From a virus: a DNA stretch of 64,000 nucleotides. The notes beneath the pieces were generated by a model, which was given only the letters and a program-made list of their open reading frames with translations, was not told the DNA's origin and searched no databases. The stretch lies in IMG/VR virus record IMGVR_UViG_3300012890_000005; one strand, 5' to 3'. The position numbers and the translations under genes are program-made. Shown piece by piece: positions 1 to 11,031 of the stretch; the first letter of the stretch is position 1; each line of letters starts with the position of its first letter.

Positions 1-705
1 TGTGATGAAGTTTTTGTTAAAGAACATCCGATCAACAAAGACGATACTGCCCGATCCTTATTGAAATGTCTTGTTACCAAGAAAACACAATTCTTGGGTT
101 TCACTTACGACCGGTCGAACGAAACCTTGGTCGCGGCAGGGATGTTACGAGAAGTTCTCGAAACTCTTGGATTAAGGCATATCTTTGACTCTAATCATGT
201 GGTTGATACATCAAAAATTTCGACAAAACAATTGGAAGAATTGAAAAACTCTGAATTCATCAAAAGCTACTTCCGCGCATGCAGCGTATTTGCTATCCGC
301 GACACTAAGAAAAGGGACAAATGGACTGCAAACAGTATTATGCAAGCAATTGTAGTGGCTCTCCGGCGGGCGAAGTTAAAGATGACGAATAAAAGACGCC
401 ATCAAACAGTAGATGGCAAACGCGAGTATTATTACGTTTATCAATTGGAAAAAGAGTCTGTTGAAAAAGCAAGTGAAATGGTTTTGCTTTCCATCAAAGA
501 AGCTGGGGGTAAAACTGATTGGAAATCGGAGCTGTACAGCAATGTGACGAACTTTATGACGACTCTTGATCAAGATGGTTACAAACATTATCTCAAATAT
601 TTGAGTGTACCCGACGACCTCTCCACTAATATGTTGGAACTCACGTTGAAAGAAGAGAGTACCGTGTATACTTCGTCTGATGGCTCGGACTCTGAAATAT
701 ATTAG
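1..705 (+). CDS. C-terminal part (5'-truncated by window) of a paralog of the AEP primase/UL9-like helicase at 58298-61877
   Basis: Frame is open from base 1 (CDEVFVKEHPINKDDTARSLLKCLV...NETLVAAGML...YQLEKESVEKASEMVLLS) and aligns along its length with the end of ORF 60531-61877 (HPISLEDKARSLLRCLV...NETLVAAGML...YQLTKESVEKASEMVLLS). Confidence 0.85.
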   Translation, partial: CDEVFVKEHPINKDDTARSLLKCLVTKKTQFLGFTYDRSNETLVAAGMLREVLETLGLRHIFDSNHVVDTSKISTKQLEELKNSEFIKSYFRACSVFAIRDTKKRDKWTANSIMQAIVVALRRAKLKMTNKRRHQTVDGKREYYYVYQLEKESVEKASEMVLLSIKEAGGKTDWKSELYSNVTNFMTTLDQDGYKHYLKYLSVPDDLSTNMLELTLKEESTVYTSSDGSDSEIY

Positions 706-733
706 AGCCAAGTGAAGTGAGTTTTCTTTACAA

Positions 734-1852
734 TTATTTTATCGCTTTGCGCAAAGCTTTCTCATTGTATATCTTGAGCAATCGCTGATAAGTGGGGCCA
801 TCTTTTTTGATTTGTCTTCCTGTCTCTGGATTCACATAAAGATAATTTTCCTTATGATTTTTATTGTCCACAGTTTTTCTCTTTGTTTGGGTTCCTCGCG
901 GAACGGAACGTGGTGTCAAACGTGATGCACGCAGATCATTGGTGATTGCCAATTGTTTTTCATATAATTCTTTGTAACGTTTCTTTTCACTCTGACACAA
1001 GTCCGTATGCTCTTCGTCAAATTGTGCGAGAATAAGATCGATTTGGGACTCTAACAAACTGATATCTCTTTGTGGAAGAGGTGCAAATACTTTCGTCGCA
1101 TCTAATCCTATTTGATCGTTGTTTACCAATGTGTGTGTCAACATTCCCTGGAGCTGGTAGAGTAAATCCTCATTTGCCGTATCATACTTAAGTCCATCCT
1201 CTATTGGCAGGGCGGTGAGTGCTTCTTTCATGGTAGGTATAATGGTCAGAATCCAATCCGCGCATATATCGGAGAGAATCGTAAATAAGCTGAAAAAGGC
1301 ACAAGGATCTTTTCCATTTATTAATTGATCGATTTTCATATCCAAATCATGGAAATTCATTTTACTACGCAGATACAATAGACCAAATACCATGGAATAA
1401 GAAGCACAATACCCACCACCACCCTTCGGGTTGATTCTTTTAGAGCAAGATCGTTCACGCAATTGGGGTGCCGATTTACAACCATCGTTTTGTTTGAAAA
1501 CATAACCATTTGCACGGCAACACCTCTCTATTTTTTGTTCAAAACGTACTTTTTCCTCAATATCTTCAAAGAAACTACCACCATTCGGATCCCACAGAAA
1601 CAGTTCCTTGTTGAGGTAATCAACGATCAGCAAATTCGCATGTCCACCCTTGTCATCATAAAGACTGAGGGTGATGACGGTGTTTCCCTTTATGGTCTTG
1701 AGTATTTTTGACAACGGCGTTACGAGATCGAATAAATCGCTGTTCGCTTTATAATTCAAAACCTCTGTATCATGGTTTCCGAAGAGATCTTCCGATACAC
1801 GTAGTGTGAAAATGCGCCAAGGTATTGTACCGGAAAGGTTTTTGTAGTACAT
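734..1852 (-). CDS. Ulp1/CE-clan-like cysteine protease with C-terminal 2-cysteine-adaptor-like motif
   Basis: H-D-Q-C order: GHANLLIVD, WDPNG, APQ, GYCASYS; tail YVNPETGRQIKKDGPTYQRLL; paralog of 4993-6480. Confidence 0.65.
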   Translation of the reverse strand: MYYKNLSGTIPWRIFTLRVSEDLFGNHDTEVLNYKANSDLFDLVTPLSKILKTIKGNTVITLSLYDDKGGHANLLIVDYLNKELFLWDPNGGSFFEDIEEKVRFEQKIERCCRANGYVFKQNDGCKSAPQLRERSCSKRINPKGGGGYCASYSMVFGLLYLRSKMNFHDLDMKIDQLINGKDPCAFFSLFTILSDICADWILTIIPTMKEALTALPIEDGLKYDTANEDLLYQLQGMLTHTLVNNDQIGLDATKVFAPLPQRDISLLESQIDLILAQFDEEHTDLCQSEKKRYKELYEKQLAITNDLRASRLTPRSVPRGTQTKRKTVDNKNHKENYLYVNPETGRQIKKDGPTYQRLLKIYNEKALRKAIK

Positions 1853-2063
1853 CAATACGGAGTCTAACGTGATTAGTTTATCTCGGTTTTAAACATATAC
1901 AACCATATATTTTCTTTTTCCATCTACTTTTCACCTGACCGAGAGATCTTTCATTGTATCGAGTTTTCAAAAATATTCTCTCGGCAAGACATGTGTCTTT
2001 GCGATCAGGAGAAACGAAAATCATCGAGTTTTTATAATATTATAATATAAAAGTCCAATCAAA

Positions 2064-2435
2064 ATGGGTACCTCATCTTCGAAGCCAGTATATCAATATA
2101 TTACTTGCTGTGGAGGGAAAAAGGCAACATACCTCCGGTTCCGATGTCACAATTATGAAAGAGCGATTGATAGGAGGAGCCCTTCTTGGTCGATGCATAG
2201 TTATTTTGATCCATTGGCAGAAGGTAGATATCCGAAAATTGAGCATGCGTGTTGCTATTGCATTCGTGCTAAACTGGAACAAGAAGTTACTTGGGCTAGA
2301 TTTCCTGAGGGACTCTGTTGTGATATAGTGTATACGATTAGTGGACAAACGCCACATTATAAAGTGATTGATGCTGAAAGATTTTTGTTAAGCTTGCAAA
2401 AGGAACGTAAACTTCGGAGCGTGTGCATGAAATAA
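2064..2435 (+). CDS. Small Cys-rich protein with putative N-myristoylation signal
   Basis: Begins MGTSSSK (MGxxxS); preceded by an AT-rich TATAATAT tract. Confidence 0.5.
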   Translation: MGTSSSKPVYQYITCCGGKKATYLRFRCHNYERAIDRRSPSWSMHSYFDPLAEGRYPKIEHACCYCIRAKLEQEVTWARFPEGLCCDIVYTISGQTPHYKVIDAERFLLSLQKERKLRSVCMK

Positions 2436-2825
2436 AGAACTTTTTTGATTTATTAAATCACAAGAAGAATTCTTGCATGCGTATTCTAAGCGATGTACTT
2501 TGGGATCCGTTTTTTTTTGAGGAATGTGTTTCAATGCGGGCGTCAGGGTATATATCAGATCTTGAAGATCTATTTCCGAAAAATAAACTCCATCATGCTA
2601 AGATGATCGGCGGCAAAATAGTAGTTGGTCACGTTTGGTCGTCCCTCAAAAAGCTGCAATTGTATACAAAATATTTATGTGTTTCGCGAGCTGAGGGAGA
2701 TAGGACTAAAATGTCCTTGCAGACGCAATATCTACAAAATGGTTTAACTCGTACCAATGCAGCCTTGTGTCTTTGTGGAAAAAAAGAAACAAAAATCATC
2801 AAGTTTTTCGTGTAAAAAGGAGAAC

Positions 2826-2910
2826 ATCAATCAAATGGGTGCCAAATCTTCGAAGCCAAGTGATTGATGCAAAGAAAGTATTTGTCAAGTTTGGCAGAAA
2901 CAACGTAAAA
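2826..2910 (+). pseudogene. Internally deleted copy of the 2064-2435 gene
   Basis: atgggtgccaaatcttcgaagcca resembles 2064-2087 and is joined directly to aagtgattgatgc...aacgtaaa, resembling about 2362-2411. Confidence 0.7.
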
Positions 2911-2982
2911 TACTCTTTGAGCAAAAACTTTTGTTAGAATATATTGCAGATGTTGATCCACCTTGAAGAGTTTCTCCTGTTG

Positions 2983-3510
2983 TCATAATATTGATCGTAC
3001 AGATGAAATCTGTTGTGATGATCTCCCGAGTTCTTCATCGTTGTGTCGATAGTTTCCTCTGTTAGTTCTATAATAATATATGATGGATGAGTCTTGTTGT
3101 CTCTGTTTGTTTTTAGAATGGTAAGATGAATGATTCTTGTTGTCTTGATGATTTCCTCTGTGATGACGCTTTGGGATATTATCCCTCTTGCGGGAATGAG
3201 TTTTGTTGGATTGACTGATTCGATTGTCTGAATTTCGTTTTGGAGCATCTTCTTGTTTCTCCGTTTTGACAATGTCAACGCCGTCATTACCGCTTCCCTC
3301 CATATTCACTTTACCACGCGAGATATTGAAATGTTCGTATCCCGCCAAGGCAATCCTTCGTAATTCGATTGCAATTGAATTTACAGAACCGACGTGGAGC
3401 TTCTCATGATTATCATGATCATGATTATTATGATCATTATGATTATGATTAATATCATTACCAAAGTATTTTTGAAGCAATTCCTCGTCGGTAACGGTCA
3501 GAGCGTTCAT
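2983..3510 (-). CDS. Hypothetical low-complexity (His/Asn/basic) protein
   Basis: 175-aa ATG ORF, A-rich start context, CTGCAG about 95 nt upstream. Confidence 0.5.
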   Translation of the reverse strand: MNALTVTDEELLQKYFGNDINHNHNDHNNHDHDNHEKLHVGSVNSIAIELRRIALAGYEHFNISRGKVNMEGSGNDGVDIVKTEKQEDAPKRNSDNRISQSNKTHSRKRDNIPKRHHRGNHQDNKNHSSYHSKNKQRQQDSSIIYYYRTNRGNYRHNDEELGRSSQQISSVRSIL

Positions 3511-3631
3511 CGTTTTATCCTTTTTTTGTTTTAGATTCGGGAGTTCACTTGCGAGAGACTCTGTAGAAGATTGTCCTTAAGAGCCAAGAAAATTTATTCT
3601 ATTTCTGCAGGTCAGTTAAATATAAAAAGAA

Positions 3632-4879
3632 ATGTCTGAAGATTTCAAGTATGTTAGTTTGTGTGGTGAAAGCAACCACAACGGTGAAGACTTGATGCAA
3701 ATGCTCATTGCGAGTGGACTGCCAGACGTTGGATTACCACGAGAATCGATCTGTCAGTTGTTTCAGTTCACTACCGAACAATTACAAAAAATGAAGAATT
3801 GTCAAAATGATGACGAATTCTCGATCGATGGAACCGCCATAGCTGATTTGCCTAATTATCTCAAATATCCTCTTCTTGCTAATGGCAAAACGTACTGTTA
3901 CCACATAGGCGACCTGGAAAAGGAGATTGTCAATGGGAATAAGAGGGATCATTACAATCGTATTGTTTTCTCCACAGACATGAAAAAAGAGATTCTAGCA
4001 CGTTGCACCATGTTGAGAGCATTGTTGAGAGGTGAACGGGTAGATGAATTTTTCGGAGTTGCACCGAACGCTTTGAATTTGAGCGTGAAGGAAGATCGCA
4101 AACAGTTGCTTATCAATCTTTGGGTTGCGTTGCGTTATCCTGCGTTGACGACTGAAGAATACGAAGCGTTGTCCGCGGCAAAAATGCGAGTAATTGCGGA
4201 TGTTTTTGAAACTCGCAATCCGAACGAGCCAACCTCAACGTTTGCCGACAAATACACGTTAGCGCAATTCGTTCTTGAGAATGTGGAAGAGCAACCTATT
4301 TTTGAATACTTGCTCTCTAGTATTAAAAACAATGAAAGTGCTGGTGACAGGAGGAGGACATTAGCTGATGACAATATCTCATCTCAGGAAGAGAGGAAGA
4401 AGGTATTGATCAGAAACTTGCTTGATGATCGTTTGAAGAATGATAACTATGGGTTTATTGCCTTTGGTCGAGCTGATCTTTTCGCGTTGACCAAAAGACA
4501 AGTAAGGGCTGCTCTGAAATTGCTAGGAAAGGTTCCTGTTAAAAATGAAATGAAAGACTTTGAGGAAATGATCCGCTTGATTGACAGTGAAAACCATTTG
4601 CGGTTGCTGAATGCATATATCTTGCAAATCACTAATGGCGAAAAAGTCGTTGAGAGATTTCAAAAGTGGCTGGGAAGCACAACCTTATACTTTTCATTTT
4701 TGAAAACGTTTGTTGGAGTTGAAGATCTTTATCGAACATTGTTGCATCGCATTCCTCCAGGCTTCGTTAGCAAAATCAAACGAAGTGTTTATCAGGATTG
4801 TCTTGTGGAGATTATGCAGGATCACAATTTTTTACGAGAAATCAAATCTTACGTTCAAAACAACAATCGAACCAGATGA
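3632..4879 (+). CDS. Hypothetical protein
   Basis: 415-aa ORF with aaaATG start; no motif recognised. Confidence 0.7.
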   Translation: MSEDFKYVSLCGESNHNGEDLMQMLIASGLPDVGLPRESICQLFQFTTEQLQKMKNCQNDDEFSIDGTAIADLPNYLKYPLLANGKTYCYHIGDLEKEIVNGNKRDHYNRIVFSTDMKKEILARCTMLRALLRGERVDEFFGVAPNALNLSVKEDRKQLLINLWVALRYPALTTEEYEALSAAKMRVIADVFETRNPNEPTSTFADKYTLAQFVLENVEEQPIFEYLLSSIKNNESAGDRRRTLADDNISSQEERKKVLIRNLLDDRLKNDNYGFIAFGRADLFALTKRQVRAALKLLGKVPVKNEMKDFEEMIRLIDSENHLRLLNAYILQITNGEKVVERFQKWLGSTTLYFSFLKTFVGVEDLYRTLLHRIPPGFVSKIKRSVYQDCLVEIMQDHNFLREIKSYVQNNNRTR

Positions 4880-4992
4880 TTTGTATCTTGTACCGGCGCT
4901 CTCTTTGTACCGTCTACTTTTTTGACTTTTTCGTCAAATTTTATTTCGAATCACTTTACAGTAAACAATAAAAAGAAAAAAGAGGAATAAAT

Positions 4993-6480
4993 ATGACTTA
5001 CAGAAGTCTGAATGAATTTGGTTATGCGCTCTCACTCTTCAATATTCAATTGACCCGCGATCTGTTTGGAGTCAAAAAGACATATTTGACATACAAAGCA
5101 GACGATCTCGAAATCAATAATAAGCTTACCAAAGATTTGAGCAATATCGTTCCAAATGTCAAGCAAAATGTTGTTTATAACTTATCTTTAAGGAGAAGTG
5201 ACGGTACTGGACATGCTAATCTTATCATCATAGATTATGCTAACCGGGAAATATACAGATGGGATCCTCATGGTCCTACACAATTTCTACCAATAGAAAA
5301 GAAGATTGAAGTTGATGATATCATCTTCGCGGTCGCTGTTACTTATGGATATAAGTTCAATGCGGATCAAGCCTGTCGTTCCGCTCCTCAGATAAAGGAA
5401 TCACGCTGTGCTCATCGAACACCATTTCAAAAGTCTGGCTTTTGCTCTTATTACTCGGTTGTATTTGCATTATTATACATGCGAAGTCATATGACCTATC
5501 AGCAACTAGACGAGGAGCTGAGCAAATTGATCGATCGTGATCCTTGTGTCATGTTTAGTTTGTTTGCTGTATTCAATGACATAGGTGTAGAGTGGTATAT
5601 AAAAGCATTCCCAGCTGCCAGCGTTCTTCTCGACGATAGCGTGGAAAACGTTGACAACAATACTATACATTACGTAGCGATGGATACTATCCAAAGAAAT
5701 ATGGAGAAAAATGAAAAGATGTATTCACTGGATAGAAAGGATCAGAATATCATTCTAACACAGATAGATTTGATCCTTGTACAATTTAAGGAGATGTCAT
5801 ACGCTAGTTGCGCAAATGAAAAGGTCCAGACTGACAAGTATAAGAAGTTGTACGAGCAGCAAGACAGAAAATTTCAAGAACAGTCTGATTCAAACTCAAA
5901 TTGCCAAAAGCTGTTCAAAGAGTACAAAGAATTGATGAAACAGAACCAACAGGAGCATTCGCAAGTAATCAAAAGTTTACAAACCTCAATCGCAAAATAT
6001 GAAGTTTTACTTCACCAAAAAGATGAAGATCTGAAAACATTGAGAGCGTCACTGAGATCGCGCTCTACTAAAACATCGCCTGTCAATCTCGAAGGAGATG
6101 TCGCGCATTATAAATCTCTATCTGAACAATATCGGCAGCTATACGAAAAACAAGATGAAGATCTGAAAACATTGAGAAAATTACTCAGTTCGCAGGGGCC
6201 GTCATTAAACGATTTTGCGAGAAAGTTGCCATCATTCGTTGATCCCGAGGTGAAAATGCGGAGTAAGAAAACGAAAAAGGCTCATCCATCCAAACATAAA
6301 AGCGTTGAGGGAAAAAAATCTCAGACTTCGCTACACACGGATCGAGAAACGTCGTCTCGTATTAAAAGAGAATATGTTTACTTCAATCCTGAAACAGGTA
6401 GAATCATCAGCAAAGATGGTCCAACCTATTTGCGATTGTTGCAGATGTATACTAAAAATGAGTTTCGAAGAAGGGTGTAG
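4993..6480 (+). CDS. Ulp1/CE-clan-like cysteine protease with coiled coil and 2-cysteine-adaptor-like tail
   Basis: GHANLIIID, WDPHG, APQ, GFCSYYS; tail YFNPETGRIISKDGPTYLRLL; internal repeat DEDLKTLR x2. Confidence 0.65.
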   Translation: MTYRSLNEFGYALSLFNIQLTRDLFGVKKTYLTYKADDLEINNKLTKDLSNIVPNVKQNVVYNLSLRRSDGTGHANLIIIDYANREIYRWDPHGPTQFLPIEKKIEVDDIIFAVAVTYGYKFNADQACRSAPQIKESRCAHRTPFQKSGFCSYYSVVFALLYMRSHMTYQQLDEELSKLIDRDPCVMFSLFAVFNDIGVEWYIKAFPAASVLLDDSVENVDNNTIHYVAMDTIQRNMEKNEKMYSLDRKDQNIILTQIDLILVQFKEMSYASCANEKVQTDKYKKLYEQQDRKFQEQSDSNSNCQKLFKEYKELMKQNQQEHSQVIKSLQTSIAKYEVLLHQKDEDLKTLRASLRSRSTKTSPVNLEGDVAHYKSLSEQYRQLYEKQDEDLKTLRKLLSSQGPSLNDFARKLPSFVDPEVKMRSKKTKKAHPSKHKSVEGKKSQTSLHTDRETSSRIKREYVYFNPETGRIISKDGPTYLRLLQMYTKNEFRRRV

Positions 6481-6693
6481 ATTGAGAATCTATTCTATGA
6501 ATCAACTCCGTTGTCTTCGTCATGGTCATCATCGGATGATAGATCGATCTATTTGATTTCTCTAAGACATAATCAAAATTTGTTTTATGCACTTAAGTTT
6601 GAAGTAAAAATGTCAGTAACCATAGAGATAAGAAATTTTGAATCTATTTGTTTATAAATTAAATTAAACAAATTAAATCACGTAAAAGACATT

Positions 6694-7584
6694 ATGGATA
6701 GTGTAACGAGATTTGATCACAAGTATATCGAGGTCCTAGTCGGGTTGAGTGATGATCAACTCATTCTACAGCGGGCTTATGCAATGATACTGAAATTCGT
6801 ACCACGTCATCGTCTAGACTATGCTCCGGAATTAGTGGCACTCTACATCGACTCGGTATCAGAAGAACAACTGAAACAAGATGTCATTCGAATGTATGAA
6901 AATTTGGAAATTTTGACACGACCGCAAAAACGGTTGAGAGATACGTTGGATAGGGTCATATCTCGATATACAGATAAATCAGTGTTTCAGGTTCTTAGCG
7001 AAATTGCGCAAACTGATCATCTTCATGATTCTCAATTGTCAGACCGTTTGTGTGATTTCCGTAAACTCACGATTATTTTGATACATCGACGAAATGTGAC
7101 CGAGTGGGCTAGAAGCACTCTTGCATCCAATCTATTTGAGAAGAATACAAATGATCCTCAGATAGCCATGTTAGCGGCGAAATATGCTCCGGACGCACTT
7201 GTCCAAGCGTCAGACGAAATCTTAGCAAATAGAGCTATTATGTTCATTGCTTGTTGCAAAACCTTGCATCTTATGTCGTATCTTGCACCTTCATTGGCGA
7301 ATGACAGAAGATTTGTGAAGGCGGTCATACAAAGAAACCCTTATGCCATACAGGAAAATGTGTATCGTAATGACGCTGAGATCAAAACAATCGCAATCAG
7401 AGAAATTATAGAAAACCTCAAATATGATCAGGCATTGACTTTGGAAGATACACCGACGTACATTTTACAAGATGAATTTTTCTTGAATCAACTTGCGACA
7501 TTATCTGATTCTGCAGGCATTCACGCAAAGATAGAAGAGGTAATTTTAGAACGTCAGAATTCGGACGAGGAATTGGAGGAATAG
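6694..7584 (+). CDS. DUF4116-like helical repeat protein
   Basis: ASDEILANRAIMFIAC / LAPSLANDRRFVKAVIQRNP repeats. Confidence 0.55.
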   Translation: MDSVTRFDHKYIEVLVGLSDDQLILQRAYAMILKFVPRHRLDYAPELVALYIDSVSEEQLKQDVIRMYENLEILTRPQKRLRDTLDRVISRYTDKSVFQVLSEIAQTDHLHDSQLSDRLCDFRKLTIILIHRRNVTEWARSTLASNLFEKNTNDPQIAMLAAKYAPDALVQASDEILANRAIMFIACCKTLHLMSYLAPSLANDRRFVKAVIQRNPYAIQENVYRNDAEIKTIAIREIIENLKYDQALTLEDTPTYILQDEFFLNQLATLSDSAGIHAKIEEVILERQNSDEELEE

Positions 7585-7822
7585 ATGATTTGAACTGTTT
7601 TTCTATCGAATCAAATTCTGCCCAAAAACAATATTCAAAAGTCGAATGTAAATTTGAATCAAAAGAATACTAGTAATTGAGAACAATGCATTTATTTGAG
7701 TTTGAGTTCGGTTTTGTTTTGTTTTGAAATAATACTTTTATGAACCGATGATCAAGCTTTGTTTGAAAGCAGCAGTAGTAAAAGAAAAGTGTGTGTATAC
7801 TTTTTTGTCTCTCAAACCATGC

Positions 7823-9226
7823 TCATAAATCATCGAGTCCTGATCTTTGCCACCATTCAGAGACATATTTATTTTGTCTTTCAGGGTTGTATCTGGTGTA
7901 CCTCAGCTCCAAACCAGATTGGACCCACCAATCCAACACCGTAAGACAGGTAGCTACATCCATGGCTGATTCATCATACCGAAGAAATAATCCAGAGTTC
8001 AGCCACCATTGCAAAATCTTGACGTTTCCATTCTGTGAAGCCATCGTTATAGATCTTTTATCATATTGAAGTGGCAAACCACTCTCTTTCCACCAATTCA
8101 GAACTTTCATTAGCTCTTCCTCGTCATCCCAATGATCCGCACATAACATTGAATTTTCTGTGTATTTTAGTTCTAATCCAGAATTTCTCCACCATTCCAA
8201 AGCTTCAATATTACTATACTGAGAAGCCGTGTCGATTGCGTCCGCAGAAAATGCAAACTCGTCTAAATTTTCGTACAGCCACTGTAATACTGTGGGCTGG
8301 TTGTACTCTGATGCACTCTTGATGACGTCTACCTCGGAACCAGAGAACAATTTTCGATCAAAACCCCACCACCACTCAAGCTTCGAAATATCACCATCCG
8401 ATGCGGCGATCGTCAAGGCCTCACTGGAATAGTTAAATTCGATCGAACTATATCTCCACCAGTCTAAGACTTGGGTATTCTTTGCCAAATTCAAACTGTC
8501 TTTTGTATTGTTGATCAACAGCCCAGACTTTTCCCACCATTGAAGGATATCAATATGACCGTGTTCTGAAGCTAAATCCATTGCATTTTCAGAGTGTTTG
8601 AGAGGTAGTTTCGAACTTTTCCACCATTTGAGTGATTCAATACAGCCATTTTGTGATGCCACGTCCATCGCTTCAGATGTATATTTCAATTCGAGTCCGG
8701 ATTCTAGCCATCGATCAAGTATGATAATCCACCCAAATCCCGATGCTTTATCGATTACCCATGCCGAATATCTCAATGTTAATCCAGAAGAAAGCCACCA
8801 ATTTAATCTCTTGAGTTGTTTCTGGACTGAGGCAGTCGGTTCCCTTTGCAAGTATCTTGCTACATTAGATGCATTAGGATCGATGTTATCGTTGGAATGC
8901 TCCGAACAAGGCAGATCAAGGGAGAAAGTGGAGAATAAAAACGGTTTCTCCGAGTTTTTCCACCAATCTAAAACATCAGTATGACAATACTGCGAAGCAT
9001 AATCGATTGGATATCTGCTATCTGATGACACTGATGTACTGTCAATATGATCTTTGAAGTATTCCAATAATTCGACACATCCGTATTCAGATACTTTTTC
9101 GAAGAAATTGTCTGGCATTGGCATTGTTTCATTTCTGTTTTCACCCTCAAGTGCTGAATGGAAGATGAATCTAGTAATCGGGAACAAATATGGCTCTAAT
9201 GTGTGCAATACAAATGCCTTTCGCAT
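7823..9226 (-). CDS. Ankyrin-repeat protein
   Basis: Repeated AMDxASxNGxxxxLxWWxxSGLxLxY units. Confidence 0.85.
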   Translation of the reverse strand: MRKAFVLHTLEPYLFPITRFIFHSALEGENRNETMPMPDNFFEKVSEYGCVELLEYFKDHIDSTSVSSDSRYPIDYASQYCHTDVLDWWKNSEKPFLFSTFSLDLPCSEHSNDNIDPNASNVARYLQREPTASVQKQLKRLNWWLSSGLTLRYSAWVIDKASGFGWIIILDRWLESGLELKYTSEAMDVASQNGCIESLKWWKSSKLPLKHSENAMDLASEHGHIDILQWWEKSGLLINNTKDSLNLAKNTQVLDWWRYSSIEFNYSSEALTIAASDGDISKLEWWWGFDRKLFSGSEVDVIKSASEYNQPTVLQWLYENLDEFAFSADAIDTASQYSNIEALEWWRNSGLELKYTENSMLCADHWDDEEELMKVLNWWKESGLPLQYDKRSITMASQNGNVKILQWWLNSGLFLRYDESAMDVATCLTVLDWWVQSGLELRYTRYNPERQNKYVSEWWQRSGLDDL

Positions 9227-9530
9227 AATATGATGATGAAAAAGAGCTGATTGATAAAAGTTGGCGAGAACGCCTTCAATAAAAAAAAATCATTCGACAC
9301 GTTGAGCTTGATGGAAAGTCTGCAGGTTCAAAAGTCATAAAGAATGATGATGGAATTGTCCAGACCGCGAAATACTATCAAACAGCAAGAATAAAAATGA
9401 TTCAAAGTGTTCACAATGAACTTTTTGTTTCCGATAGATATGTGATTAGAGAGATGTTATGAGTCGGGAGCGCTGCGTTATAAAGTCATGGCTTTTTCCT
9501 TCGTGAGTGAGGAGATAAGAATATAAAGTG

Positions 9531-11018
9531 ATGAACGAGATCAGAACTAGATGTGGTGCCATCGTAAAAGTTTCACCTGAAGATTACGAATATGTTAGCA
9601 AGTATACTTGGTATTTGCGAAGCGGATACGCTTTTAATAAAATTGGGAGCTTACATTCATTGGTTTGTCCAAAATCGGACGATACATCATATGTAATTGA
9701 CCACATTAATCACGATAAATTGGATAATCGCAGGGAAAATCTACGATGTGTATCGAGAAGTCTGAACAGTCACAACAAGGCAGTCAAAATTCGTTCGAAT
9801 ACCCCTTACAGAGGAATCACTCACACAAAAGGCAATAAATGGGTGGCAATGTTTAGGGAGAAAAACCTGGGAACTTATCATACTGATCTTGATGCGGCGA
9901 TTGCATGGAATAAGGCAGTTCGTGAGGCCTATGGAGATGCGGCTCTGGTAAACACTATAATAGATAGTGAAATCGAAAGGACAAAAGTTGTAAAGAGAAC
10001 ACCGAATAGAGGTGATATAAAACGGACTTCATCTAAGAAGTATGAAGCACGTTTAGGATATCAGAACCGAAGGTACTCTGTTGGGACCTTCTCCAGCGCA
10101 GAAGATGCTCAAAATGCTATCAATGATAAATATAATGAACTTCTCAACCAAAAATCTCAGCCCATCATCTGCCGTAATCAAGATAACATATGTGTCTTGA
10201 CAACAAAGAAAGGAGCAAAGGTATTGGTGGATGAAGACGTAGCCCTGAGATTTCATTATAATGCAATTCACGTAGATTCAACAGGTTATCCTAAAGTTAC
10301 AGGGAAACGTTTACATTCGATATTGCTGAAAGCACCGACGGGTCAAGTCGTAGATCATATTGACAGAAATAAATTGAATGCTCAAAGGACAAATCTACGT
10401 ATCGTTTCATACTCAGATAATATGAGAAACGTTGAACACAAAGACGGTGGTTTTCGTGGTATTCGCGAGCGAAAAATAACAGACAAAAGCACGGTTTGGG
10501 ATATCGGTCTCTCCAAGGAGAAAGACTACTACAGCTTTACTAGTTTAGCAGATGAACAATCAGCAGCTTTTGCGTACAACCTTCTTTCGCGATTGCTCTT
10601 TGAGTCTCCTATCTGGCTCAACGAAATCACTACTAATTCAGTTATGGTGCGTAGTCCTACTGGAATGATAGTAGAACACACTGAAGAAGAATTCAAAATT
10701 CTCCTACAAAATCGTGTCTATCTACCAAAAGCTGTTCGTTCAACAAAATCTGAAACTTCATATCATGGTATATATCATACCAACGGACATTGGGTCGCTA
10801 AGATAATGCATAACAAAGTACGGCATATAATAGGAAGATTTCCTGACTCGATGAATGCTGCAAAAGCACATAACATCGTCAATTTTCATTTAAGAGGAAA
10901 AAGGGCAACACTCAATGATATACCGGAATCAAACATCAGATTCAATCTTGAAGGAAGAATGTGGGAAATGTCAGTAGACGATTATAGGACTTATATAATT
11001 GCAAAGTTGTGTATATAA
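9531..11018 (+). CDS. HNH homing endonuclease with two HNH domains and several AP2-like DNA-binding domains
   Basis: IDHINHDKLDNRRENLR and VDHIDRNKLNAQRTNLR; AP2-like YRGI..KWVA..LGTY..AAIAWN and YHGI..WVAKI..IGRF..AAKAHN. Confidence 0.9.
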   Translation: MNEIRTRCGAIVKVSPEDYEYVSKYTWYLRSGYAFNKIGSLHSLVCPKSDDTSYVIDHINHDKLDNRRENLRCVSRSLNSHNKAVKIRSNTPYRGITHTKGNKWVAMFREKNLGTYHTDLDAAIAWNKAVREAYGDAALVNTIIDSEIERTKVVKRTPNRGDIKRTSSKKYEARLGYQNRRYSVGTFSSAEDAQNAINDKYNELLNQKSQPIICRNQDNICVLTTKKGAKVLVDEDVALRFHYNAIHVDSTGYPKVTGKRLHSILLKAPTGQVVDHIDRNKLNAQRTNLRIVSYSDNMRNVEHKDGGFRGIRERKITDKSTVWDIGLSKEKDYYSFTSLADEQSAAFAYNLLSRLLFESPIWLNEITTNSVMVRSPTGMIVEHTEEEFKILLQNRVYLPKAVRSTKSETSYHGIYHTNGHWVAKIMHNKVRHIIGRFPDSMNAAKAHNIVNFHLRGKRATLNDIPESNIRFNLEGRMWEMSVDDYRTYIIAKLCI

Positions 11019-11031
11019 ATTTGTTTAATAT

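Noticed and set aside
1864..1934. Intron-like GTGAAA...CTAAT...TTAG on the minus strand upstream of the protease gene
   Set aside because: Splicing from the upstream ATG gives the wrong frame, and the paralog aligns from ATG 1852; at most a 5' UTR intron.
3595..3612. CTGCAG as a splice or trans-splice acceptor
   Set aside because: Only some sites have a pyrimidine tract in the gene's direction, and single sites serve divergent genes; a DNA element fits better.
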